Shown here piece by piece: positions 26,675 through 40,311 of a stretch of 64,000 nucleotides of DNA. Within the stretch, counting starts at the first letter, position 1; each line of letters starts with the position of its first letter. The notes beneath the pieces were generated by a model that searched no databases, had not been told where the DNA came from, and saw only the letters and a list, made by a program, of their open reading frames with translations. Position numbers and translations under genes: made by a program. Location of the stretch: NCBI RefSeq assembly GCF_009914755.1, contig NC_060925.1; one strand, 5' to 3'. This stretch comes from the human T2T-CHM13v2.0 reference genome, Homo sapiens.

Positions 26675-26980
26675 GGCCAGATGCGGTGGCTTATGCCTAT
26701 ATCTCAGCACTTTGGGAGGCTGAGGTGGGAGGATTGCTTGAGCCCAGGAGTTTGAGAACAGCCTGGCCAACATGATGAGACTCCATCTCTACAAACAAAA
26801 CAAAACAAAACAAAAAAACAGTTAAAAAAGTAGCCAGGGGCAGCAGTGCACACTTGTAGTCCCAGCTACTCAAGAGGCTGAAGTGGGAAGATCACTTGAG
26901 GCTGCAGTGAGCAGTGATCGTGCCACTGCACTCCAGCCTGGGTGACAGATCAAGACCCTGTCTCAGGAAGAAAAAAAAAA
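26675..26980 (+). mobile_element. AluJ-like
   Basis: ggccagatgcggtggcttatgcc...; (CAAAA)n middle linker; A tail. Confidence 0.92.
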
Positions 26981-27187
26981 GATACATCTTGAAGGCTGGA
27001 GAAGTCAGCATTCCCTGCAGAACAAGTTCAGGTAGAGAAGTACTAGTTGTAGGAAATATCATGGCAGTCTGTTAACTCTTAGAAATTAAGTACTATAATT
27101 AAAATCTCTTGTTTCTACCCAGGTAATAGAAGAGTCTCCAAGAGCCAGTGAATAACTTTGTATTTTACTCCTTCTTACATTATTTTC

Positions 27188-27377
27188 ATTGCAGTTCTCA
27201 AATGTTGGCATGCATCAGAATCACCTGGAAAACTTGTTGAAATACAGAGTGCTGGACCCTACCCCCAGAGTTTCATATTCAGTAGGTCTGGAATAAGACC
27301 AGAGAATTTGCATTTTGAACAAGTTCTCAGATGATTCTGATGGTGCTGGACCAGGGATAACACTGTGAAAACTATTG
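27188..27377. mobile_element. MER5A
   Basis: gcagttctcaaa..catcagaatcacctgga...cagtaggtctgg...gaatttgcattt..aacaagttctcagatgattctgatg. Confidence 0.85.
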
Positions 27378-28541
27378 CTTTATTGAATCCTTCCTGTGTA
27401 TCTGGCAGCCTGTAATGTGCTGAGTACATAAAGATGAAAAGAAAACATCTGTGCCCTAAAATTGTTTATAATAGGGTGGTGGGAGACAGACGAGTAAATG
27501 TATAATGATAGCACAATGGAAAGCATGCTGTGATACGTGGAAGTACAGGTTGTGGCGAGAATACCCCAAAGCGCATCCAACACAGAATGAGGCCAGAGGT
27601 TGCAGATGTGTATAAGACCCAGCAAAAACCCTTAATCCTGAGCTGAGTTTTAAAAAATTATCATAAAATAAAACAAAAAGTAGTAACAAATAGAAAAATG
27701 ACTTTGAATCATGCTTTGCGTGAGATTGGTAAATGGATTCCTCTTTAATGTTGCCTTTAAGATCAAAATTCTTTAGGAAGCTGTTGCTTTTACAGGTGGG
27801 GCAATATAACTCTGCATTAGTCATTTTGCAAACAAAATATATCCTTTCCTTTGTTATTTTGTTTTACTCTTCTTCAGCAATTTTTTAAGAAGCCAGAGAA
27901 AGATGTTGTGTTTATTATGTGTGATTCAACATTTTCACAAAAACTGCTAGAAATTTTATGTATGTCAAAATGCAGACAAAGCTAGACAAGAGCAGGAACA
28001 ATCACAGCTAGTGAAACAGAGCTGGTTAGGCAGCTTGACCTGGGAATTTAGGTGTTGAGTCCATAGGTGAACAGGATCAGCTCTCCATTGCAATTGTAGG
28101 TTAGCGTGAGACCATGAGACAAAGTGACATCTTTGCCTCCAGAACAGCACTGATGCAATGGATAGATTATGGACCTGGGCAGGACTATAGATAGCTTTCA
28201 CTTGGACATGATAAACTGGGTGAGGGGGTTGGGCAGAAATGAATTAGAGGTATACTTGAGGCAGGCTGCTGATTGGTCAGTTCTTTGAGTTATATGCCCA
28301 GAAAATGGAAGCAAGAACATGACAAATGGCTGGGCTAGTTTTGAGAAAAAGATTTATACCCATGAGGTTGTCTTGGCAATAAAGACATTCTGCCTTTTTA
28401 ATGAAGCAGCCCTGAGCTATACTGTCATCACAACCTAAAGCGATAACACCTTTATAGGAATAATGGTTTGTGAGGCTTCTGGCTGTATATTTACAATTTT
28501 AAATTGAAAGCATATCCCTAAAGCCATGTAGAATATTTCAC

Positions 28542-28841
28542 TTTATTTTATTTTTTTGAGATGGAGTCCCGCTCTGTCACCCAGGCTGGAGTGCACTGAC
28601 ATGATCTTGGCTCACTGCAACTTCCGCCTCCCAGGTTCAAGCGATTCTCCTCCCTCAGCCTCCTGAGTAGCTGGGATTACAGGCACGTGCCACCACAACC
28701 GGCTAATTTTTGTGTTTTTGTAGAGATGGGGTTTCACTGTTTTGGCGAGGCTGGTCATGAACTCCTGACCTCAAGTGAACCGCCTGCCTTGGCCTCCTTA
28801 AGTGCTGGGATTACAGGCATGAGCCACCACCATGCTTGGCC
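28542..28841 (-). mobile_element. AluS
   Basis: Full antisense dimer. TSD gaatatttca. Confidence 0.95.
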
Positions 28842-29050
28842 TGAATATTTCATTTTAAACAATTATACTCTACCTGGTAAAGGGAGCTGAAGTCCAGAAG
28901 AAATTATAAATAGAATGCTCAAACTTTAAAAGGATGTAGTGCAATATGTTTTTATTGAAGAATTGGTAATAATAATTATTTGTACTCTTTTTACTTGTCC
29001 TTTTATAATATAATTTAATTAACAATGAAATCTTGTAAACTTTTTCTTAG

Positions 29051-29254
29051 CATACATCTGTGGATGGATATACTGAACCACACATCCAGCCTACCAAGTC
29101 GAGTAGCAGACAGAACATCCCCCGGTGTAGAAACTCCATTACGTCAGCAACAGATGAACAGCCTCACATTGGAAATTACCGTTTACAAAAAACAATAGGG
29201 AAGGGAAATTTTGCCAAAGTCAAATTGGCAAGACACGTTCTAACTGGTAGAGAG
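29051..29254 (+). CDS. MARK1: MARK1 coding exon 2 (204 nt, phase 0-0): N-terminal header plus kinase Gly-rich loop
   Basis: ttttcttag|CAT...GAG|gtaagt. Translates [68 protein letters not shown], matching the recalled MARK1 sequence, with the GKGNFA P-loop. Confidence 0.98.
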
Positions 29255-29897
29255 GTAAGTTTGCACAATGCCTTTTAATATCTGCCTGGACCTCTCTGGA
29301 GTCTTGTTAAAGCTTCCTTATAGCCCATGTTTGGGAGTAAAATGACAGTTTCAATATGATTAACACTGGGGTGTGTGTGAATGGAACATTAGTAGGCAGA
29401 GGTTTATCACGGCATAAAAGTTGACCTTTTAATATTTAGAAAAGAATCATTCCTATATATTAGCATCTCATAAATCAGGTGTGCTGCAGATGAGCTTTCC
29501 TCAGATTCTGACTTTCGTTATATGATTTCTGTGAACATTTCTGATTGCCATTGCTGCCCAGCCCTCAGGAACAAAAGTTCTTGCTGCTTGATATAAGTTA
29601 GGTATAAATATGTAGAAAGTCACCTGCTAATTTGTATCTGTTTAGAGACTACATTGAACAAGTACTTCTATATGGGTGGTTTTCTCAGGTAATAAGATAA
29701 TTGGATTTCTAAAATCTCGTGTGTTTTAAGTTATATGTATTTATATAGTAAGAATTTATATATTTGCACATATGTACGTTGTGTATATATACCTGTATGC
29801 TAGGGTTACAGACTTTATTTGAATAAATGTGTAACATTTTGTATTATATAACGTTTACTAGATCTGATTAGGACATTATAAAAAAAAATCTCAATCA

Positions 29898-30189
29898 GGC
29901 CCAATGCAGTGGCTCATGCCTGCAATCTCAGCACCTTGGGAGGCTGAAGTGGGCATAATTGCTTGAGGCCAGGAGTTCAAGACCAGCCTGGGCAACATGG
30001 CAAAACCCCAGCTCTACAAAAAATACAGAAATTAGCTGGGCTTGGTGGTGTGCAACTGTAGCTACTTGGGAGCTTGAGGTGAGGATTACTTGAGCCCGGG
30101 AGGTCAAGGCTGCAGTGAACTGTGGTAGCACCACTGCACTCCAGCCTCAGCAACAGAGTGAGATCCTGTCTCAAAAAAAAAACAAAAAC
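29898..30189 (+). mobile_element. AluJ-like
   Basis: Full sense dimer, gaggtcaaggctgcagtg. Confidence 0.93.
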
Positions 30190-30761
30190 TCAAAGAAAAT
30201 ATTTTTAATAAATTTTCACTTTGCTCTATGTATAATATTATTGTCGTTTCCCATTGAATTTGGTTCCTTCTGTCTATTCTGACCCCAGGAGCCATTCAGA
30301 GGCAGGGAATACTGGGCAGAGCCTTAGATATTCAAGTCCATTTTGTCAGTTTGCTCTAAGTAAGCTTGGATATCCAATCTCTCTACCAACATAATTGTTT
30401 TATTCACATAATATTTAACTTACTGCAAGTTCACAAGCCACTTCCCCCTATAATTGTTGCTTATCAAGATCGTGAGTAAAAGGTTAAGATACAGGATGAT
30501 TTTTACTTTAAAGAAGGAAACTTAGAAGAAATAACAAAGCTTTCATTTCATTGGCTCAGGATCAAAAGATTAAAGACTTGGGTCAATGGAGTATATTCTA
30601 AGACTGCCAAATTATCAAAATGTTACTATCTGATTATGTGAACACCTAAAAAGAGCTAAATTATATCTAGTTAGGAATGAAACAGAAATTGGATTTTTTG
30701 AAAGTTTTATTCATTAAAATATGCATTTTTCAAATAGAGTTTAATGATTCTTCTTTTTTAG

Positions 30762-30815
30762 GTTGCTGTGAAAATAATAGACAAAACTCAGCTAAATCCT
30801 ACCAGTCTACAAAAG
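30762..30815 (+). CDS. MARK1: MARK1 coding exon 3 (54 nt, phase 0-0): VAVK catalytic lysine
   Basis: ttctttttttag-type acceptor|GTT...AAG|gtattt. Translates VAVKIIDKTQLNPTSLQK and continues exon 2 in frame. Confidence 0.97.
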
Positions 30816-33349
30816 GTATTTAATTAATTTAATAAGTAATTAAAATGTGAGTTTATCATTAATATGTGATGTTCTGTAAAATCAGTCATTCTAAATTTTC
30901 TATTAGGTACAATTCTACATTTCATCAATATAAGAAGAAAAGACATAATATAAAATGTAATGTTTATGACTTACCAAGTAGTTGCTTGAAAACTATCTAC
31001 TACTTAAATACATGTAGTATATGAAAGAAATGTATCTCTTCTATTCAATAGAATAAAACCTTGTGTCATACATTTTGAAGTATTCAGGATTTGAAATATT
31101 CAAATATTTTGAAGTATTTTCAAGTATTCAGAATTGACCTCTGAAAATTAGACTTATATTAAATGAATAATCCATTTACTGATAATATCTGGTGCCTTAG
31201 CTGTTATATAAAATGACAAATGGTGGTGACCTAAGCCATTTAAACTTTTGTGAGTTTTCAGATAAAGTCCAGAGACCTTGCTGATAAGCTTCTTAATTAA
31301 AAATCTAGTTAGAAGTTAATATTGTTCATAGGTGAGTTTCCTTTTATTGCTTCATTTGCTCTTCTTCCTTCTTCCACAAGAACTACTAGTCTTTCAGATA
31401 ACTCACAGTACAAAATAAGAATGTTTCTTTAAAGGATTGAAAATATGAAACAACATAGAGAGAAAAGAAAGCAGTTAGGAAGGGGATTGCCTTAGCAAAC
31501 CAAAGCTGTTTCACGTTACTTCATTAATTACTTAAATGGGAAAATTTTCTCAGATGCACATTTTAGTACTTTAAAAATGAAGCAAATGTTTTAACATTTA
31601 TGCTGTATGTGATAGGTTTGTATAGAGTGAGAGAATATACATTGTGACTTTTATTAGAATATAATGGGACCATTGTCACATATGTAATTTTAATACAAAT
31701 GACTTTGAATTCCTAAAACAGAAAGAATCTTATAAGAAATTGTTAGTATGTGTGCTTACATCTGCTATGATTATAGCATTAGATTAAAAATTTAGATTTG
31801 TGATATTCAAACTTTCTTCTCATTTGGCTCAGTCCCAGATTTCTTCTTAGAGCTCTGCCTTTGTACTTATCGGAGATTCTTTTGAAAATTTGACAACCAG
31901 TATAACTTTTCATAACACTGATATTTCTGCCCAGTAAGAACATGAAAACTTTGCTGGGTTCTTCTTTTTCTGTGAATGTGAGATAATGTATTATGGGTCT
32001 CTTCTTGGAGAAAGTCTCTTCTTTTAGCACCAGTCTTTTTGCTAACCATGATGCCTTTGTGTAAGTGAGAAAAAGACATCCTACCTGGACCAATTAACTA
32101 TGCAAAGATGCTGTTTTTTACTGGGCTGGAACCACAGTAGGACATATCTTTGCCTACCCCTGTGCTGGGAACCCACTTAAAATGCACAAACTGGGTAATT
32201 GTACACAGTGTCCCTGTCCATGGCCCACATAGCTTTTCTACTTTTCCTGGATTTAGTTGTGGGTTACTTGGCAAATTGAGTGATTTTTAAGTGGCATCTA
32301 GAACTACTCAGGCCTGTTGTGCTAGCTGGAATACACAGCAATGCGACTCCTACTCTGTCTTTCCCAAGGTTGTATAAACAAAGTTGTACTTATTGAAACA
32401 TGTGAACATGAAACTGAATGTTGCTTTCTTTATCTGAATAACTAAAACGTGTACTTGATGATGATAAGTAATTTCTGTCATAAAATCTACTAATCTTGTT
32501 GATAAAGTATTGCTTTTCCAAATAGGCATATAAAAATGATACAATTTTGTTTTCTTTAACCCGTGAAAATAAAGATGAAGACTCACTAAATGTAGCCAGT
32601 ACAGTGTGTGTGTGATTGTTTTTTGAGTGATTTACATGTATGTTGATAGATTTGCTTTCTTTTAGAAGTTCTGAAGAAAAAGCAGATCAAGTCTTCATTA
32701 ATTCTCATGTGTTTAGAACATTCAGCATTTGACCTTTCCCATTTAGGCAGTAGCATCTCCCAGTCAGTCATACTTAAAAAGTAATGGAATGTGAAACAAT
32801 CCATTTTTCCCTAGCATTGAAAAAGACAGTAAAATTTGCTTCCATGTCTTAGGTATACTCATAAAAGGCAGGTAATTATCGCACATTTATATGAAATAAG
32901 GATTCATTGTAATCTCACTTCTAGAAGTGTTTGGGTAAATTTGTTCTGGTTTGATCTGAATTTAAGCTGATCCCTCTCCTTTATCCTCTTCTGTGTATCA
33001 GATATTTATAGGAATTACTGCCTTCCTTTGCAAACATCAATGATAGATAAAAGAATCTAAAGTTGATACACCAACTGCTTAATACTGCCAAAATACAAAG
33101 TTCTTAAACGTGTTTGGTTTTTGGAATTGTTAAGTATCTTTGGCTTCAATATTGTTCCCATAATATGCTCATATTATTTGTATTACATATTTTGAATTAA
33201 TGGAATCCAATTCAATGAGTTTTCATAGTTAAAAAGTATTTTAGGTAGATGCTATTTTTAGTTCTTCCTCTTCAAAGCATTAGTTCTACCTCATAGAATA
33301 ATGTATTTTAGAAGAGGGTCCATGAACCATACTAGTGATTCCTGGGTTC

Positions 33350-33661
33350 TTTTTTTTTTTTTGAGACAGAGTCTTGCTCTGTTGCCCAGGCTGGAGTGCA
33401 GTGGCGCGATCTGAGCTCACTGCAACCTCCACCTCCCAGGCTCAAGCGATTCTCCTGACTCAGCCTCCTGAGTAGATGGGACTACAGGTGCATGCACCAT
33501 GCCTGGCTAATTTTTTTTTTTTTTTTTTTTTTTTTGTATTTTTAGTAGAGACGAGGATTCACCATGTTGGCCAGGATGGTCTCGATCTCCTGACCTCGTG
33601 ATATACCCACCTCGGCCTCCCAAAGTGTTGGGATTACAGGTGTGAGCCACTGCACCCTGCC
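33350..33661 (-). mobile_element. AluS(c)-like with expanded middle poly-T
   Basis: Antisense dimer with ~25 T at 33511-33535. TSD cctgg(g)gttcttt. Confidence 0.94.
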
Positions 33662-35499
33662 TCCTGGGGTTCTTTTAAGCAGCCTACTAATGTTGAAGGA
33701 AAAGCAAGACAATAAAATAATATTTTTCATAGTTCATAAATTTGAAATGTAAGATCATTTTCTCAGAGATATCACTAGTTTTGAAACTTGGACACATCAA
33801 TTGATGCAAAGATGACAAAGTTTGTGTCAGTCTGTCTCAGCTTACAGTCACCAGAGTGTAGTTTATCTCTGCTAACATTTTTGTATCTTCTGTGTATTAC
33901 TTATTAATTTACATTTTCTATTGTTTTACTGTGTTATATTATGTTGCGTATTCACAAAAGTGGCTAAGTGGTTCAGAAGTGATTTCCTAAGTAGTAAAAT
34001 CTGTAATGAAAATAAAAACAAGACTTAGTACAACTCAGAATTATGTCATTATATAATAGATGACTGCTGCGCTAAAGTTTTATAGAATGTGAATCGCTTT
34101 GCTAGGACAGTGATTTTACACAAACAGGAAAAGGGTAAAACATTTAAATTATTGAATTCTGAAAATTAAACTTTATTAAATGAATAATCAAGTTACCGCT
34201 CGTGTCTGGTGTGTTACCTGTTATATAAAATGTTGTCAAATGGTGGCCTAAGCCATTAAACTTTTGTGAGTTTTTAAATAAAGCCCAGAGACCTCTCTGG
34301 TAAGCTAATTAAGTTTTCCAGATTATCTGCAAAATAATCTTTGTCATGTTGAAGAATTTGGTAACTAAAGGTAGAGAGGAGAACAGAACCATGGGAGCAA
34401 TATTCAGAATTCAATATATTTTAGCAAATTATCAGAAACCAAACTTGCAAAACCAATCACAAAATTATTGACAAATATTTTTATCAAGGAGAGAGCACAA
34501 GAAGCTCTTTGGAAATATTCCTTAACAAATGTCACTATTGGACATATATTGAAATATCAGCTACTCTCACATATACATGCTATATAGCATATTTCACTCT
34601 ATAGCTGAACAAAACCACTTATGTGCTGAGTACTTCTTTCATACAGTTCTTGTCACATGTGTGGATCATTTGAAGGAACAATTTGGCCAGTTCTTACGTG
34701 GGCCAACAAAAACATAAGTGATAAGAGAATTATTATTTTGTGAAATGATATGTAGACTGCATAAGTTATCTTTTAACCAATAATGATGAAATACCCCTAG
34801 AGCTTTTTTGAGGGTTAAAGGTGGGGATATTCTGCAAGGAATAATTCTGCCATGTGAATAAATAAGATTATGCCTAATAGCCAGTTACCCACTGTTTCAC
34901 TCTCCATGAAATTAGTGGTCAGCAAAATGCTTTTAATTTTGATTTGGTTTTGGACAAAGTACTGAAAACAGAGTATAACATAAAATCATAGGAAGAATTG
35001 GTGGGAAGTATACTTTTCACACTGAAATATGAGGATTTTGAGGGAAAGGTGTTTAAACAAGTGTTTTAAAGGTGATACCAATAATATTAATATCTGGCTA
35101 AAATATCAACAGTTTAAATGTTGAGGATGTGATCATCAGATTTGCTGAGAAAAACAAACTGTGCAGTTTAGTGACCAAAAATCTGACTTTTCTAAACCTT
35201 GTTAGCCCTCTTTAATTACTGGGGAAAGGGCTCAATGACATATAATTGGGCATTTTTAACATACAGATGTGCATCCAAATATGAAAAATATCTTCCAGAG
35301 CAAGCATATCCAAAGAGTATGTCAAAAATCTATTTGCTAATATCCCTCAAATTAAAACTTCCAGTCTTTCACGTTTTGAGTTTAGTAAGCTCAACAACCT
35401 AGAATTTCACAGCCATACATAATCTTCGGGGAGAAATATCTCTTTAAGGTTAGATTCAGTAATCACTCTGAATGTCTTGAGAATTACCTGAAACATTAC

Positions 35500-36170
35500 C
35501 TAATGCTTATTCATTTTCCCAGTCAATCTATGATTGTGACTTGGGAATTTTCTTGCTGATTTTATTTCTTGTATCTCTTTTGAAAATGTCTGCTTTTATC
35601 TTTCTCTATCATGACCAGTTTAGACAAAGTCACTGTTATCTTCTTGTAGCCTTCCAACTGCATCCACTTTACATACGTATACACACACACACACACACAC
35701 ACACACGCACGCGCGCGCGCGCGCGCAGAGAGAGAGAGTTTAAAATGTAATACATAGAGTTTAAAAGTTGTCAAGGATGCAAAATACGTCTGTGAATATG
35801 CTATCCCTTTGTTTAAGCTTTCAGATGGCGTTTTATTGTTTGTAGTCCAAAAATCAAATTCATTAACATGGTATAAAGGTCCTACCTTCCTTTTCCACCT
35901 CATGGACCATGAACTCGCCGTAGCTTCTCTTCACTCTCCTCTTCCCCGACTCCTACAGCTTTAGTGATTTTCATCTGCTCCTATTCATACTCTATTCCAG
36001 TTACCAGGCCTTTGCAACTTTCTCCCACCTTCTGGGTAAGGCTTATCTCCCCTCTTCCCTTAATTAGTCCTTACTCATTCCTCCCATTTCAGCCTAGAGT
36101 CACTTCTTCAGGGAAACCTTTCCTATTCCCCTAACAGTGTTAAATCCACTTACCCTCCATAAAATCAAGC
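35500..36170 (+). mobile_element. L2 fragment
   Basis: ccaggcctttgcaac...cttactcattc...gtcacttcttcagggaaacctttcct (L2 3' region). Confidence 0.65.
35670..35738. repeat. Compound (AC)n(GC)8(AG)n microsatellite
   Basis: Read directly from the sequence. Confidence 0.97.
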
Positions 36171-36699
36171 ACTCATAACCAAGGATTATTTATAAATAAC
36201 CACTTTATTTTTATTTGTTTTGGTTTTGGTAGTCGTTTGTTGATTTGTTTGTTGACACTTTTTGTTTCTGATGTTTTTGTTTTAATGCCTGTATTCTACC
36301 TCTAACTCCAAAAACCTCTGTCCTAATTGCTTGGTTTTTAATAGCTGCAAAGCATCCATTTCTATGTTCTCAAGAAGCTACTTAAGATATACTGAAATCA
36401 ATGTGGAAGAATTTTCTCTTGAGGGAAATGAAGGAGGCTTAGAGTCTTTAAGTCACCTATGAAGTTTAGACTAACTATCTGGCTGTTTTAAAAGTCACAG
36501 TCTTATTTTCTTATTTAGTTATTTTAAGCATCGTATTTTCATGTTTTTCTAAGCTTGGCAGTTTGTTGATATAATAAACTAGTCTATTTTTAATTTTTGG
36601 ATGGGGACTTCAAAATGTCTTTCCCATTTTAAAAAAGTTGCTTTCTCATGATATTTATTTATTGCACTAAAATGTTTTGTTCTAATCTTGTTTTTAAAG

Positions 36700-37860
<1,161 letters not shown>

Positions 37861-38581
37861 CTGCTTTTAAGTTTAATATCTTCTTTCTGAAATTATTTAA
37901 CTTCATATCTCCAACAATTACTTTTACTGAGCACCAACTTATACCCAAAGCTGTGCAGGATCTTAGGAGAGATTCAAGTAATGTGAAATTGGTACTAGTT
38001 CATAAGAAATTATAAGACTTATAATCTTCTTATAAGAATCTTATAATCTACCTATGTGAAGACAAAACTTTGGGAAACTGACACAGGCTATCATTTATAG
38101 AATATTTCCTTCTATTACTTTGCAATGAATAATTGGCTGCAAGTTATCAAGTTTATAAAGAAATACTGAATAATTATTTTACTGTTGTAGTTATAAATCA
38201 TCTAATATATATTCATTTAATTATATTCAGATCTCTTTCTGTGCTACGATTTCATAGGAAGACCTTAAGAAGTTAGCTTAAATTGTTACAGTGCTGCTAG
38301 CAATAATTTTACAAAATACTTGACATCCCAATGAGATGTCTAAAAGCTAAAAAGGAAATGACATGATGATCCTAGAATTTAAAAAGCTGAAAGTTTAATC
38401 TGTAGGATTCTGTTAACATAGATAAAATATATATATACATAATCCCTCAATAAATGGCACTTATGAGATAGTCTAGACAAGGACCTAGCAGTCTCTTGGA
38501 ACTGCATGTCACCTTCAGGGTAAAACCACACCCACACTTCATATTAATAGGCCAGTAAACTGTCAAATATACAGACAGAAG

Positions 38582-39030
38582 TTTTATAAAGATTGCAGTG
38601 AAGACAAAGAAGGGTTCCTATCCCTCCTGAAACCCAAATCAGAGCAAAATCCTTGAAAGGTGAAGAAGGCTATGTTGTAAGGCACAAGAACTGTATGCCA
38701 GCCTTCTACTAGCCCAGTTTACTGTGACTCTGAAGACAGCCTGAAAGAACTCTCTCAGGAGGAACAAGCTGAACCACTGCCTTTGTCAAGCTCCCAATGA
38801 CCACAATGTGCTCCTTCTGCCTCAAGATCAAGCAAGCGATGGCGAAGTCCTGTGACATTGATGAGACCAAGGGCAACTTCGTCAGACTGGTGAGCAGGTC
38901 TGATGGAGAGAAAACCATGTGCATTTGGCCCCTGACTATGACACTTTGGGTGTAACTAGAATGACGATTGTCTAAGCCATGTCCAGTTGGCTAGTTCTAA
39001 AAATGACAGACTTTTTCATCATCACAAAAA
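38582..39030 (+). pseudogene. Ancient processed pseudogene of ribosomal protein L23a
   Basis: Collinear, intronless remnants: aagATTgcagtgaagacaaagaagg (decayed start), RRNKLNH, VKLPMTT, KIKQAMAKSCDID, SDGEK, VHLAPDYDTLGV, stop at 38973-38975, 3'UTR-like gtccagttggctagttct...cttttcatcat, short A tail. Compare RPL23A RRNKLDH..IKFPLTT..QIKQAVKKLYDID..PDGEKK..VRLAPDYDALDV. Confidence 0.85.
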
Positions 39031-39977
39031 GAGTGCTAGCAGAGGAATGGAAGAGATAGGAAGGAACAAAGAGCAGTTGAGAAGAGAAAAGGAAAATGCA
39101 CATAATTGAGGGAAATATTGATTGACACTAATGGAGTTTGGCTAACCCTGACCTAAGCTCTAGCCAGGAAAGACCCAATTGAAAAGTAAATATCTCCAAA
39201 GAATTGAAGATTGTTTACTACTTTAGTTATCTGGAACAAAGCCAAGAACCAAGAAGGAAACAAAGGCCTCTGAACAACTAGAATAGCTGTGATATAGAAG
39301 ACATATCTCAGGCCTTCACTCCTGGCTTATTTTCCTAATTTAACACACAAGTCTAGCAAACTCTGGCCTTAATTTCCAGCCTACAGCAAACCTGAAACAG
39401 TAAATTTGAAGGGGAATAGTAAATTCAGAGCTCTTTTACTAAATTTACATTTGCTAGCAACATTGTGTGACATCACAGTTTGAAAATGAGAAAGAAAAAG
39501 AACTGAAAATTAACATCAGAAACTCAAATAGTAGCATGGCACTGCTGTTCTTAAAATTACCTCTATTTTTTATACTTGTACCTGGAGTGTATGACACATG
39601 CAATAATTAACTTTTTAAAGAATAACTCTGTTTCAAAGTAAACTTCTTTTCATAGTCTAAATGCCTACTCAGCTCTCTCCACTGACCCAAAGAAGTGTGA
39701 AGATTGGCACCTTGCTGATGAGGATCTGCTCTGGGTTAAAAGATCACATATGTATATGTGGCTCTTCCTCTCCCTCTCCCTGCTTCCTTTTGCCTCATGC
39801 AGCTCATGCAGAAAACTCTGCCATTAGCTTCGGTCTCTTTCTTTCATGCAGCCAGCTGGAAAATAAAGAGTTAGGCAGGGGTTGAGGGGAGTCTTGGAGA
39901 GGAAGAGATATCTTAGACATTTGCTTAAGATGTGGTACTTTTCAATTGGCCAAAATTCTCTAGATTTGGAGGGTTAT

Positions 39978-40311
39978 CATATTAGTCTGCTAGTCGGGCC
40001 ATCACAAAATACCACAGACTGGGTGACTTAACAGAAATTTTCTCACCTTTCTAGAGTCTGGAAATTCAAGATGAAGGTGTGTAGGCAGGTTTGGTTTCTC
40101 CTGAGTTCTCTCTCCTTGGCCTGCACATGACTAGTTCATCCCTGACATTTCTCCCTCTTTTTAGGACACCAGTCATATTGGATTGGAACCCCACTCTTCT
40201 GACCTTATTTAACCTTCATTAGCTCCTTGAATTCCCTGTCTCCAAGTATAGTCACACTGGGCATTAGGGATTCAACATATGAATTTAGGGGGGCACAGTT
40301 CATTTCATAAC
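39978..40311 (-). mobile_element. MLT1A-type LTR
   Basis: aaaataccacagactgggtgacttaac...ggacaccagtcatattggatt...caacatatgaattt...ataaca. Confidence 0.82.

Noticed and set aside
29060-29278. ORF-track 72-aa 'protein'
   Set aside because: This is MARK1 exon 2 read from an internal GTG through the donor into the intron, not a separate gene.
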